Positions 1 through 10,054 of a stretch of DNA of 63,865 nucleotides are shown piece by piece (the first letter of the stretch is position 1; each line of letters opens with the position of its first letter). The translations under genes and the position numbers were made by a program. Origin of the DNA: a virus (lineage: Duplodnaviria; Caudoviricetes); IMG/VR virus record IMGVR_UViG_3300031857_000159, positions 1-63,865 of that record. The stretch is one strand, 5' to 3'. Below the pieces are notes generated by a model. It saw only the letters and a program-made list of their open reading frames with translations, was not told where the DNA came from and did no database searches.

Positions 1-246
1 CTGTACTGTAAAAAATTTATTTTTCAATCCTATTTTATTAGATCAGTTACAAATTTAGTAAGCTATTAAAACGGCTGGCAGGTAGTCAGTAAAAATATAA
101 GCCCCCCAGTAAGGCAGAGCCACCCCCGTAAAATTTTAAAGGGGTATATAGCATCCCCCAAACATTGACGCATATAACAAAAAAATGGATTTGTGTATAT
201 CATAAATAAAAAAAGCCTGCCTCAAGTATTCATATAGACGGTATTA

Positions 247-441
247 CTATTTTGATTTAAGGAATATTTCTTTTATTTGTTGCATTGAGTATACTTTACC
301 GTTTAGTGTATATCTAAGTTGGTAGTTTGGTGATAGTTTTTTTAGGTTGAAGCATCTGTGGTTTCTTTCGTATGGGAGGCGGTAAACATCTTCGCCGACT
401 ATTTTGTAGGGTATGTTTCCTACTATGAATGTTTGTTCCAT
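247..441 (-). CDS. hypothetical protein
   Basis: 64-aa ORF, last gene of a tightly packed leftward operon (1250->247). Confidence 0.65.
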   Translation of the reverse strand: MEQTFIVGNIPYKIVGEDVYRLPYERNHRCFNLKKLSPNYQLRYTLNGKVYSMQQIKEIFLKSK

Positions 442-444
442 TGA

Positions 445-681
445 TTAGTTAATATATTGTTTTATGATATTTATTAGTGATACATTTTGTTTTGTTATTT
501 GGAATTTTTTGATGTTGAAGTCGAATTTGGCTATTTTGCCGTGTTGGTTTATGAATCTTTTGGTGGTGCATAGCCTACATTCTACGCAGCGATTCAGGTC
601 TGATTTTAGCTGGTACTTCATTCTGTTTTTCTTGAACAGAAATAAAGGTTTTTTGCGCTTGCAGGTAAAACATCTTTTCAT
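445..681 (-). CDS. small basic protein with two CxxC motifs (putative Zn finger)
   Basis: CFTC and CVEC motifs; overlaps upstream stop (ATGA); AACTATC-ATG leader. Confidence 0.65.
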   Translation of the reverse strand: MKRCFTCKRKKPLFLFKKNRMKYQLKSDLNRCVECRLCTTKRFINQHGKIAKFDFNIKKFQITKQNVSLINIIKQYIN

Positions 682-1250
682 GATAGTTTATTTTTACATT
701 TAAAGTTTATGTATGTTTCCTCAATAACGTAACTATTAATATCTTCTATGTTTATAAATATAGAAGATAAGCAGTCTATTATTGCTCCTACTCTATGTTT
801 ATCGTCTTCAAGTATATATTTTATATTTATCCAATCATTTATATCATTAGAATGGAATGAGGTAAATCCGTCCCGCGAAGTATAATTGTCTAAAAAATAC
901 TTTTCAGCTTCGTTATTATTTTCTTTAATTAAATCTATTAATTTATTCAAGTCAACTTCTACGGATATGTTTATTGAATCGTTGGTGAAGTTATAATATT
1001 TTGGAGATTGAATATTTTGATATGTTATTTTTATTGGAAAATACATATTAAGTTCTGATTCTATTTCGCTGACAAATCTTTTTGCTATTCTTTCTCTGTA
1101 ATCAGAATAATCCCATTCAAAATCGTCATAATTAAGATTGGTATTGTTTTCTTCGTTGTACGATTCAATATCAAAATCTTCGTTATTGTATTCGTAAATT
1201 GTTCCATAAAATCCTGCGAATAATGGGGCATAAGTTTCAAATGTTTCCAT
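678..1250 (-). CDS. acidic hypothetical protein (early gene)
   Basis: 190-aa ORF with TATATTTG promoter element upstream (- strand, 1273-1280) and AACTATC-ATG leader. Confidence 0.75.
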   Translation of the reverse strand: METFETYAPLFAGFYGTIYEYNNEDFDIESYNEENNTNLNYDDFEWDYSDYRERIAKRFVSEIESELNMYFPIKITYQNIQSPKYYNFTNDSINISVEVDLNKLIDLIKENNNEAEKYFLDNYTSRDGFTSFHSNDINDWINIKYILEDDKHRVGAIIDCLSSIFINIEDINSYVIEETYINFKCKNKLS

Positions 1251-1287
1251 GATAGTTAGTTTTTAGTTTCTGCAAATATAACAAATA

Positions 1288-1307
1288 ATTTGTAATAAAA
1301 TACAAAT
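1288..1307. promoter_or_regulatory. palindromic operator ATTTGTA-N6-TACAAAT between divergent promoters
   Basis: perfect inverted repeat; the same motif recurs at 23391, 49236, 55040, 55085 and 58893. Confidence 0.65.
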
Positions 1308-1388
1308 AATAAAAAAATAATTTATTTGATTATTAAAAATTTATTTTGTAATTTTGTATAATTAAAAATAAAAGAATATATTTGTGAT

Positions 1389-1556
1389 ATGGACATTGAG
1401 AGAATCCAATGGTGGATAGAAGCTGAATCAATAAAGAAGAAGATACGCGCGGATAGGGAAAGGGCGGAGAAAGAAAAATTATTTTGCGAAGAAACTAAAA
1501 CAAAAACAAATGATAAAGACGACAAAACAGATCACGAAGATCAGGCTAAAGGATGA
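1389..1556 (+). CDS. small 55-aa protein (MDIERIQWWIE...), probably leaderless; not in ORF track
   Basis: ATG 4 nt after TATATTTG (1377-1384); overlaps next gene. Confidence 0.5.
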   Translation: MDIERIQWWIEAESIKKKIRADRERAEKEKLFCEETKTKTNDKDDKTDHEDQAKG

Positions 1557-2286
1557 TGGCTTGAAGGGCTTGGAGGTTACTTATATGTATCCGCAAGAGA
1601 AGGACAATTTGATATGGAACAATGAGCATATCGAAAAGAGGAGGCATCCTATACACACGGGATTGGAGAACTCTATTAATGACTTGAGGAATTTCCTGTT
1701 GGAGTTGTGTGGATATTATAACGAAACGATTTCTGTTATGCACAAGGATTATCTTATTGAGGAAACTAAGATAACGGAGATTGTTGTTAATGGGACTACA
1801 TCGTTTAAGATTTCTGGGGAGATGAGAACATTGGGCGACAAGTTCATTAAAGTATCTACTCCTGATGTTGAGGCTGCTGATGGTTACGAACACTTTGAAA
1901 CTGTTTTGAAGGTAATTAATACGGTAGTTGAGGAAACTCATGAGTACATGGCAGGAAAGAAGAAATTGGATGAGGCAGAGTTCTTAAAGAAATTTGCTAA
2001 GTTAAAGAATGACGATGTACTTATTAAGGAGTTCAAGGATATGAGTAATAAGGAGAAGAGAGATAAATGTACGGAGATATTGGAGAAGATGGGAGCTGTT
2101 GTATTGATTAACGACGAATTGGAAATTGACGATGTTAATGTTCAGATTGAGAATGTTCAGTTAGAGATAATTGAACCTGTTGTGTTGGATAGCAATAACG
2201 AAGTTGTGGTTCCCGAAACAGAAACAAACAATGAGCCATTGATTATACCAGTAACTCCTACTGCATTTAAAGCCCCTGCTTTCTGA
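1510..2286 (+). CDS. hypothetical protein
   Basis: 258-aa ORF, coupled to next gene (TGATG). Confidence 0.8.
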   Translation: MIKTTKQITKIRLKDDGLKGLEVTYMYPQEKDNLIWNNEHIEKRRHPIHTGLENSINDLRNFLLELCGYYNETISVMHKDYLIEETKITEIVVNGTTSFKISGEMRTLGDKFIKVSTPDVEAADGYEHFETVLKVINTVVEETHEYMAGKKKLDEAEFLKKFAKLKNDDVLIKEFKDMSNKEKRDKCTEILEKMGAVVLINDELEIDDVNVQIENVQLEIIEPVVLDSNNEVVVPETETNNEPLIIPVTPTAFKAPAF

Positions 2287-3029
2287 TGAAGTTATTTGAA
2301 CCAAAAGTACAATTAGAACCGATAGAGCACAAGTATTACAACTTGGTTACGGGCGATGAATATACAAGTGTCAGTAAACTGTTGGGTGGCTTGGGAACTA
2401 AGTTTGATTCCGAAAAGGTATCAGCTATGGTTGCTAAAAAGAGAGGTGTCAGTCAGGCGGAAGTTCTGCAAGAATGGAAAGATATAGCAACTAAATCTAC
2501 TGATCACGGAACAAGAATACATAACGCTTTAGAAAGGTATAAAAAGACAGCCATTATATTACCTGAAGACGAAGATTTGAGGGATATGATAATTGATGTA
2601 TGTTCTTATTATAAGGACTACTATCAAGTTTACGATGAATTGACTTTGTATCACGACGAAACGAGAATTGCCGGGACGAGTGATATGATATGTATGATTA
2701 GCAAAACAAAGGGAAGTAAGTTTGATGTAGAGGACTATAAGACGAATATGCGTAATGGAATAGAAACTTTCAATAAGTACGGAACAAGATTAAATCCTCC
2801 ATTTGATTATTTGGAGGATTGTAACTTTGTTAAATACTCTTTGCAGTTAAGTATTTACGCGTATATGTTTGAACAATTAACAGGTAAGCAATGCAGGAAG
2901 TTAGGAATTAGATTTATTCCGCCTGATAACTACATGAATCATGTATATATGCCTGTTATGTATTTGAAGCCAGAGGTTGAGCACATTTTAAGAATAAGAA
3001 AAAAACAATTAACAAATGGAAAACTGTAA
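2286..3029 (+). CDS. PD-(D/E)XK (Cas4/RecB-like) exonuclease
   Basis: HKY..YTSVS, GTRIH, IAGTSD, VEDYKT and YSLQLSIY motifs. Confidence 0.85.
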   Translation: MKLFEPKVQLEPIEHKYYNLVTGDEYTSVSKLLGGLGTKFDSEKVSAMVAKKRGVSQAEVLQEWKDIATKSTDHGTRIHNALERYKKTAIILPEDEDLRDMIIDVCSYYKDYYQVYDELTLYHDETRIAGTSDMICMISKTKGSKFDVEDYKTNMRNGIETFNKYGTRLNPPFDYLEDCNFVKYSLQLSIYAYMFEQLTGKQCRKLGIRFIPPDNYMNHVYMPVMYLKPEVEHILRIRKKQLTNGKL

Positions 3030-3213
3030 AGAAACAATCAAGTTTTATAATGGATTATTTTTATTATTGGCGGTAGGATTTTTATTTATGTTCTGTATGT
3101 ATGTAAAAGAATACAGTAAACATCACGAAAAAGATTCCTATTGGTCAAGAAAATACGATTCATTATTGAATGAAAATAAAGTAGATGTTAGCGACACTAT
3201 AAGATTACAATAA
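3016..3213 (+). CDS. small membrane protein
   Basis: single hydrophobic helix GLFLLLAVGFLFMFCMYV. Confidence 0.6.
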   Translation: MENCKETIKFYNGLFLLLAVGFLFMFCMYVKEYSKHHEKDSYWSRKYDSLLNENKVDVSDTIRLQ

Positions 3214-3214
3214 T

Positions 3215-3745
3215 ATGCTTTTTTATTTAGACGAAAAGAACGTAGCATTATTGCACCCGGACGCTGTTAAGTTATGTCCTGAATTGACTGTATTGGACGA
3301 AAAAGAAACATTGGCTATTATATTAGCTTATGACTATAAATCACCTTACAGACAATTTACTGACGCTGACAGACGAAGAAAAGCGTTGATTCACGCTTAC
3401 GGAAACGATGATAAGAATATCTTTGATAAAGACAAAATAAAGCAAGCTGCGGAAGCCTATATCAGTTTACAATACAATCCCAAAGTAGAATTAGCGCGAA
3501 CCTATCAATCAAAGATAGACCAATTGCAAGACGAAATGGTATTGGCTTCTGATGAAAAAGAAATTGCAAGGATTATTAAATCTATAAACGCTATCAGAGA
3601 ATCTATTAGGGACTTAGAAACCGAAGTTTATGACGAAGTGGCTAAGGAAGGTAAAGTTGTAGGCGGAGGTAATTTATCGTTTTTAGAGAAGTTTCAAAGG
3701 AATAGAGAAAGATATATGTCGTTATTAAGGAAAAAGAAAAAATGA
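3215..3745 (+). CDS. putative terminase small subunit
   Basis: immediately upstream of and overlapping TerL; helical coiled-coil; YDYKSPY motif. Confidence 0.55.
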   Translation: MLFYLDEKNVALLHPDAVKLCPELTVLDEKETLAIILAYDYKSPYRQFTDADRRRKALIHAYGNDDKNIFDKDKIKQAAEAYISLQYNPKVELARTYQSKIDQLQDEMVLASDEKEIARIIKSINAIRESIRDLETEVYDEVAKEGKVVGGGNLSFLEKFQRNRERYMSLLRKKKK

Positions 3746-5715
3746 GTTTACCTAAGAGCCCCTATAAAAAAGGGAAAGGATTTTGTCCGAATCCAATTGC
3801 TAAGAATGGTATTCCTAAATACGCAGATAGCAAGTACAATAAGAATGTAATAGGAACTCCTGATTGGGAAAAGTTTTGGGAAGAACAACTTTATTACATT
3901 ATACATGGCTATCAAACGGGAGGAATGTTTATACCGGGCAGGTATTACTACTATGCTAACTTTAAGATATTTGATACCGTATTAGGACCGCGTAACGCAG
4001 ATATTTGTGACTTACATTTAGAATTAGCTTACGCTATTGAGCACTGCAAAAAGAACGGATTAAACTTTATAGGACCGAAGAAACGTAGAGGAGGTTTATC
4101 GGAGGCTTTTAATAACATGGTTATTGATTATGGTTATCGTTTTATACCCGGTTACAATGCAGGTGTAGCAGCAGGACTTTCTACATATACCGAAGAGTTT
4201 ATGAAAAAGTGGGCTGTTCACGATAACATATTGGTTCCTGAATTTAGACTAAGGAGCAAAGGCACGGACGAAATAATATCATGTTACGATGTTATTGATG
4301 AGAACGGCAAACGTGAAGAAGGTACCTTTAACAAGATACACGTAGCTACCATGTTTCAAAACGCTAACTTATTTAAGGGATTGTTCTTGAACGATGTAGT
4401 TGCAGAAGAAGGTGTAGAGTTTAAAAAACTGAAAGCTTTTTATAATGCTACTAAAGCTTGTTTGATGTATGGTTCAGTTCAGAAAGGTAACTTTTGGACT
4501 TGGGCAACAGGAGGTAACAAAAGTTCGGCAGGAGAAGACTTTGAGGAAATGTGGCACAATTACGAATCTTACAATATGTATAGATTCTTTATTAAGGGAA
4601 CAAGGTTTTACCATCCATTCTTTGCAGGAGCTACTAATGACTTAGGTGAGAATGTAGAAGAGGTTCCTAATTTAAAGTTGAAGTATCAACCTTACGAGAT
4701 GTTAGGTGTTGAGGACGAAGAAGCTGCCGAAGAAAATATTAAAAAAGTAAGACAACATTTATTAGATACAGGAGATATAGAAGGCTGGATTGAGGAATGT
4801 CAAAACAATCCATTGACAATAGAAGAAGTATTCAAAAGAGTGTCAAGTAACAAGTTTGATATTGAATTACTCAATAAAGTAGGTTTTGATTTGTCGTCAA
4901 ATCCTAAAAAGTACGCTAAATACAAATTAGAATTTGTAAAAAATGACAAAGGAGAAAGAGTAGTTCCTTTTAAGGTTGAAGCTGTTCCTGCGAAAGATAC
5001 TGATTTGGAAAAAGACTGCGTATTAATTTCAATTGACGGGCACCCTATTACAACTGTAAATAATCTTTATTCAGCAGGAATAGATAGTTATGATCAAGAC
5101 CAATCTAAAACGTCTAAGTCTTTGGGAGCTATGCTAGTAATGATACGTGACCATAAATTACCTAACCAACCAAAAATGAAGCCTGTTTGTGTTGTAAGAA
5201 ATAGACCTGACAGAAAAGAAAAGTTTTATGAGATGTGTTTAAAAGTTGCTATTTATTACAATTTAACATCTTCTGTACTGGTGGACGTAGCGAAGCCAAT
5301 GGTTATTGAATATTTCAAAAGCAATGGGGGGACAAGGTATTTGGCTCGCAGACCGAAGAAATTTGAATCAGTAAATAGTGAGCAATTGCACGAATATGGT
5401 GTATCTTTGAATAAATGGTCAAGACCTGCAATGGTTTCTGTTATGCAAAGTTACATATTAGATCACGGAGAAAAGATAGTGTTTCCAACATTGATAGACG
5501 AATTAAAGGCATACGATGAATACACTAATGATTCCGATAATGACTTAGCAGATACGTTAGGTATTGCTTTGATGCAAGATATGTCAAACGCTTTAAATCC
5601 GCGTGACGAAGCAGAAAAAGATAAACTAAATAAGTATTTGTTAAACGATGATTTTAGTTTTAATTCTCCAAAATTAAAAACGATAGAACAAGATCACGAT
5701 TTATTCGGTAAATAA
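3742..5715 (+). CDS. terL: terminase large subunit
   Basis: crAss-type N-terminus (FWEEQ..GY..G.YYYY.NF), Walker A KKRRGGLS, nuclease GIDSYDQD..KSLGA and DxxD motifs. Confidence 0.9.
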   Translation: MSLPKSPYKKGKGFCPNPIAKNGIPKYADSKYNKNVIGTPDWEKFWEEQLYYIIHGYQTGGMFIPGRYYYYANFKIFDTVLGPRNADICDLHLELAYAIEHCKKNGLNFIGPKKRRGGLSEAFNNMVIDYGYRFIPGYNAGVAAGLSTYTEEFMKKWAVHDNILVPEFRLRSKGTDEIISCYDVIDENGKREEGTFNKIHVATMFQNANLFKGLFLNDVVAEEGVEFKKLKAFYNATKACLMYGSVQKGNFWTWATGGNKSSAGEDFEEMWHNYESYNMYRFFIKGTRFYHPFFAGATNDLGENVEEVPNLKLKYQPYEMLGVEDEEAAEENIKKVRQHLLDTGDIEGWIEECQNNPLTIEEVFKRVSSNKFDIELLNKVGFDLSSNPKKYAKYKLEFVKNDKGERVVPFKVEAVPAKDTDLEKDCVLISIDGHPITTVNNLYSAGIDSYDQDQSKTSKSLGAMLVMIRDHKLPNQPKMKPVCVVRNRPDRKEKFYEMCLKVAIYYNLTSSVLVDVAKPMVIEYFKSNGGTRYLARRPKKFESVNSEQLHEYGVSLNKWSRPAMVSVMQSYILDHGEKIVFPTLIDELKAYDEYTNDSDNDLADTLGIALMQDMSNALNPRDEAEKDKLNKYLLNDDFSFNSPKLKTIEQDHDLFGK

Positions 5716-5717
5716 TT

Positions 5718-6350
5718 ATGGCTATATTAAATGAAAACATTCAGTCTTTTAAATGCTATGTAAGGTTATCTCATTTTACTAAAAATAAAAAAGACAACAA
5801 TAAATATCATAACGCTTATGCTTTTGGTATTCAATCAGTTACAGGAAAAATATTAACATTTCATGTTATGACTGATTATGGTATGTTAAGGTCAAGAGTT
5901 CCTTTATCAGAAATATTTATAGAGAAACCTAAAAAAGATATACCATTTCACTTTAAACAATTATGGGATTGTTTTTCGGAGAATGTTACTGTAACTAAAT
6001 ATGAATATTTGTCTGAAAAAAGATGTGAAATTGTACTAAAAGACAAATCAAAAGTATGGGCAAAATATTTAATGACTATTGATTGGTATGATAACGCTTA
6101 TTCTAATGAGCCGTCTGATTACAAGTGCGGTCATATTTTAATTTCGGACGATGGCTATTTACTTTGCCAACCAAACAATAGAATATTTTGGAAAGATTCT
6201 AATTGGATAACGAATAAATTTCCTGTTGATGTAAAAAACATAAAAGTTGACAATGAGTTATTTTCCGTTGAAGCCGTTTCGGATAGGTGGATAGCAGACA
6301 ACAATGATTGTTTTTATTACAATATGAATAATGCAAACCATAAAAAATAA
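5718..6350 (+). CDS. conserved phage hypothetical protein (Trp-rich)
   Basis: QLWDCFS, YLMTIDW, KCGH and QPNNR.FW motifs, a pattern I associate with aquatic phages. Confidence 0.7.
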   Translation: MAILNENIQSFKCYVRLSHFTKNKKDNNKYHNAYAFGIQSVTGKILTFHVMTDYGMLRSRVPLSEIFIEKPKKDIPFHFKQLWDCFSENVTVTKYEYLSEKRCEIVLKDKSKVWAKYLMTIDWYDNAYSNEPSDYKCGHILISDDGYLLCQPNNRIFWKDSNWITNKFPVDVKNIKVDNELFSVEAVSDRWIADNNDCFYYNMNNANHKK

Positions 6351-6451
6351 ATATGTTAATAAATAACAATGAGAAAAAATCATTATTATTTGTATTTTTA
6401 GGCAAAATTTACCAACGGGGTAAATAGGTTAAATAACGAAATTTAATTATA

Positions 6452-8692
6452 ATGATCTTTCCAAAACAGGATATTCCAGACAAGGATAAGACGTTAGCAT
6501 GGGTGAAACTTCACTTAAACTACGCAGAAACTATCCTTAACAGAAGAAACAATATCTATTCAATAATGAGTAGATTGTATAATACTTATAATGGTATTAA
6601 AAATGCTGACGCTTTACGATTCATAGGTAAAACGTATGGAAGAGAAAATAAATCTAAATTTATATCATACCGATTAGGCAGAAACAAGTTAGAATTACTT
6701 AAAGGTGAATACCTTAATCAAGCGCTTAAACCAACAGTTACCACAATAAATTCAGATGCTAAGACTAAGAAACTTGACGAGGCTGATTTAGTTCGCGGAG
6801 CATTAATTGCTCGTAAAGAATTATCTAAGTTAAAAGAAGTTGGGGTTGATGTATTGGAAGGAATGGAATTACCGGAGGGCGATCCAGATGAGGTATGGAA
6901 CCAAATGACTTTCAAGGATAAGAATGAGCACGTTATGCAATTGATATTGGAAAACGGTATCTCTGAATTAGACATGAAGAATAAGCTTTCTAAGAATTTT
7001 CTTGACCTTGAAATTACATCAATGTGTTATGGTAAGATTGATATTGATTTAGAAGGTAACGTTAATTACATTAAGATTGACCCTCGTGATGCTATTTTTG
7101 ACGAAATAGAAGGTGACGACTTTATTGAAAGAGCGCCATTAAAAGGAGCAAGATACAGAATGACTATTTCCGAAATATTAAGGAAATACGATTTGACAAA
7201 AGAACAAAAAGAAATGTTGAAAGGTCTTGAGAATACCGGTAACCAAAATGCAGGTACAAGAAGAGCAACAACATATCAGATAAACGGTGACTTATGTATG
7301 GACGTAGTGCATATAGAATGGATTTCTTATGTTCCGACTTATTATAAGCTATCTCCAAAAACACAAAAACAATTAGAGTTAGATCCAAGTTCTGAATACT
7401 ACACAATTCAAATGGACGCTGCCGAGTATGAGAACAATAGAGAATATTACGATAAGCTTGTAGAAAAAGGCAAGTTACTAGCAATAGAAACTAAATGGGC
7501 AGAAGATATTAGAGAGGCTGTTAGAATTGGCGGTATTATAAGTGTTGACTTAGGACGTAAAAAATTTCAGCCTAGAAGAGTTGATAACCCTAATAGGGTA
7601 GTTGATATGTCTTATGTTGGATACTTATTTAATACGGTAGACGGAATAAGAGTATCATTACAGCAAATTGTAGAGAATTTTGATTCAGCTTTTGATATTT
7701 GTATGTATCAAATTCTTAAAGAATTGAACATTGCAAAAGGAAAAGTTATAGGTTATAACAGAGCAGCTTTACCGCAAAAAAGAACAATGAAAGAAATTAT
7801 TTACGACGTAGTAAATGATGGTTTTGTTGACTTCGATACTTCTGCGGATGGTAACGAATCTGGTAGAGAATTGAATTTAAGAGATTTGATTCAAGTATTA
7901 GATATAGGTTTATCTAGTTCATTCCAACAATTAATCATGTTAAAGAATGATATACGTCAAACTTTAGATTTAATTACAGGGATTAACGAAAACAGACAGG
8001 GTGATATTGCGGCAAGTTCTACCGTTACGAACGCTCAAATAGCAATTACAGCATCTAAAAACATTACTACTCCATTGTTCTACGGAATGAATAAGTTTAC
8101 CGAAAGAGTATTAATGAAAATGTGTGAGTATTATAAATTGTCTTATGGTTTCTTTAAAGTAGAAAAAGGTAAGCAGATTTTAGGCGATACACAACAAAGA
8201 TTTTTGGTAGTTGAAAAAGAAATAGGTTATCAGGATTATGGTGTTGCAATTCAAGACGGCGGAAGATACGCTGAAATGAAAAATAAGATTATGGCTTTGG
8301 CTCAAGTATCATTAAACGCAAAAGAAATAAGATTAGAAGATTTGATGCAATTAGAAACTGCTGAATCATATACTGAAGCTAAAAACATATTAAAGAATGC
8401 GTGGAAGTCTATACAACAAGTGGCTGCTGAACAGCAACAAAGACAGATAGAAGCACAACAGCAAATGCAACAACAACAATTGCAAATGCAACAACAAATG
8501 GCTTTAGAGAATAGAGAAGATATGCAAGCTTCAAGAATTGATGAGATTAATGCTAAAACAGAAGGTCAAATAAGAATTGACGATAACAAAATGGGTAAAC
8601 AAATGATTGTTGATACAAATAATATAGAACAAAAATCTGTTTATAGCGATAAAAATATGGGAGGCACACAGCCCCCAATTCCTCCGATGTAG
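6452..8692 (+). CDS. portal protein
   Basis: follows TerL; 746 aa; FPKQ N-terminus, TGINENRQG motif and Q-rich C-terminal barrel typical of crAss/P22-like portals. Confidence 0.85.
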   Translation: MIFPKQDIPDKDKTLAWVKLHLNYAETILNRRNNIYSIMSRLYNTYNGIKNADALRFIGKTYGRENKSKFISYRLGRNKLELLKGEYLNQALKPTVTTINSDAKTKKLDEADLVRGALIARKELSKLKEVGVDVLEGMELPEGDPDEVWNQMTFKDKNEHVMQLILENGISELDMKNKLSKNFLDLEITSMCYGKIDIDLEGNVNYIKIDPRDAIFDEIEGDDFIERAPLKGARYRMTISEILRKYDLTKEQKEMLKGLENTGNQNAGTRRATTYQINGDLCMDVVHIEWISYVPTYYKLSPKTQKQLELDPSSEYYTIQMDAAEYENNREYYDKLVEKGKLLAIETKWAEDIREAVRIGGIISVDLGRKKFQPRRVDNPNRVVDMSYVGYLFNTVDGIRVSLQQIVENFDSAFDICMYQILKELNIAKGKVIGYNRAALPQKRTMKEIIYDVVNDGFVDFDTSADGNESGRELNLRDLIQVLDIGLSSSFQQLIMLKNDIRQTLDLITGINENRQGDIAASSTVTNAQIAITASKNITTPLFYGMNKFTERVLMKMCEYYKLSYGFFKVEKGKQILGDTQQRFLVVEKEIGYQDYGVAIQDGGRYAEMKNKIMALAQVSLNAKEIRLEDLMQLETAESYTEAKNILKNAWKSIQQVAAEQQQRQIEAQQQMQQQQLQMQQQMALENREDMQASRIDEINAKTEGQIRIDDNKMGKQMIVDTNNIEQKSVYSDKNMGGTQPPIPPM

Positions 8693-8714
8693 TTTAGTTT
8701 TACTTTGACAAAAG

Positions 8715-8744
8715 AGAGCTCTGATTAACGTCAGGGCTTTTTTT
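8715..8744 (+). terminator. intrinsic terminator after portal
   Basis: AGCTCTGA-loop-TCAGGGCT followed by a T run. Confidence 0.75.
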
Positions 8745-8788
8745 GTATATATTTATAAATGTTTATTACTTTTCAACAAGTTATCCTT

Positions 8789-8824
8789 ATTTAGACTAAT
8801 TAAAAACAAAATTATTTATATTTG
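8789..8824 (+). promoter_or_regulatory. scaffold/capsid promoter (TATATTTG 8817-8824) overlapped by Fur-box-like 19-mer (8789-8807)
   Basis: Bacteroidota -7 element; ATTTAGACTAATTAAAAAC. Confidence 0.55.
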
Positions 8825-8839
8825 TTTAAAATTCATTAA

Positions 8840-10006
8840 ATGCAAAAGAAATATTACAGCCCCGATGAAGCCACTGGAGGTGGTGAGGCAACGGCGACAG
8901 CGCCCAATTTCGAGCTTTTGACCGAAGATTTATTTGAACCAAATTACAATGCAACTGCGGTAAAAGAGGAAAAAAAGATTGAGGAAAAGTTAGAACAAGA
9001 AACAAAAGAACAAGTTCCTGTGGATTTAAACTTACAGGAAGAAATTAAAGAAACAAAAAAGGAAGAGGTAAAAAATGAAGAAAAGAATACTGAAACCAAG
9101 CAAGAAGCATCAGCCGAAACTACATCAAATGATTTCGAATTAAAGTTAGACGACACTAACATTAATGGAGATGAAGAAAGTAGTGTTTGGGTTGAAACTG
9201 CTAAAGAATTGTTTGGACTTGAGGTTCAAGAAAACTCTTACGAGGCATTTGTGGAAGCCGCTAAAGTTGCGGTAGAGCAAGCTGAATTAAGAGGAATGGA
9301 AACAACTCTTCAAAAAGAAGTAGCCGAACTACCAATAGAAGCTCAAGTTGATTTCTTGTTATTACGTGAAGGTTATACAAGAGAACAAATAAATGAGCCA
9401 ACAAAAGAAATTGATACATTATTAAATTATAGCAATATAGACCTTGTAAAAAAAGATTTAGAATTACAGGGAATGAGTGAAAGTTTAATAGAAAAAGAAA
9501 TTGAATTATTAACCGAAAAAGGATTAATAGATCACGAAGCCGAAAAACTTAAATTAGTTTTGCATAATGCAAGAGAATCGGTTTTAACAGAAAGACAGCA
9601 ATTAGCGGAACAAGTTGCAACAAATTATCACGCAAGATTGCAGACTGAAAGACAAGCCCAAGCTGAACTCATGTCAAACGCCTTTAACACAGTTAAGGAT
9701 TTCATGGGACAACCAATTAACGAGAATGCTCGTAAACAATTGGCTAACAGATATGCAGAGGGTGCGTACGACAGTATTTTCAATGATCCTGTTAAAAAAG
9801 CCGAGTTCATCATGTATCATCACTTTGGCGAGCAAGCTGCAAAGAACATACGCAACAAGGCGTTAGAAGAAGGCAGGGAGAAAGTAACTAAACATCTTTC
9901 AAACGTCCCTCCTGTTCCGCAGCAAAACAACGCTAAACCTATTGCAAAACAAAATGCTAAGACAACTTCAGGCTTTGAATCTTTAAGTTCTATGTTTGGT
10001 GATTAA
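8840..10006 (+). CDS. capsid scaffolding protein
   Basis: acidic, coiled-coil protein between portal and major capsid genes. Confidence 0.7.
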   Translation: MQKKYYSPDEATGGGEATATAPNFELLTEDLFEPNYNATAVKEEKKIEEKLEQETKEQVPVDLNLQEEIKETKKEEVKNEEKNTETKQEASAETTSNDFELKLDDTNINGDEESSVWVETAKELFGLEVQENSYEAFVEAAKVAVEQAELRGMETTLQKEVAELPIEAQVDFLLLREGYTREQINEPTKEIDTLLNYSNIDLVKKDLELQGMSESLIEKEIELLTEKGLIDHEAEKLKLVLHNARESVLTERQQLAEQVATNYHARLQTERQAQAELMSNAFNTVKDFMGQPINENARKQLANRYAEGAYDSIFNDPVKKAEFIMYHHFGEQAAKNIRNKALEEGREKVTKHLSNVPPVPQQNNAKPIAKQNAKTTSGFESLSSMFGD

Positions 10007-10054
10007 ATCAAATAACCCAAAATAAACAATAAATAAAAAACAAAAACAAAAGCC

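Noticed and set aside
1-240. Direct terminal repeat or cos site
   Set aside because: No overlap seen between the window start and end; the C/G runs at ~100-160 are suggestive but not diagnostic.
2286-3029. CRISPR-Cas locus around the Cas4-like nuclease
   Set aside because: No repeat-spacer array or other cas genes seen; solo PD-(D/E)XK nucleases are common in phages.
8425-8500. CAA/CAG repeat tract in portal (also the Q/P tract at 53340-53520)
   Set aside because: These are ordinary low-complexity Gln-rich protein segments, not DNA repeat elements.
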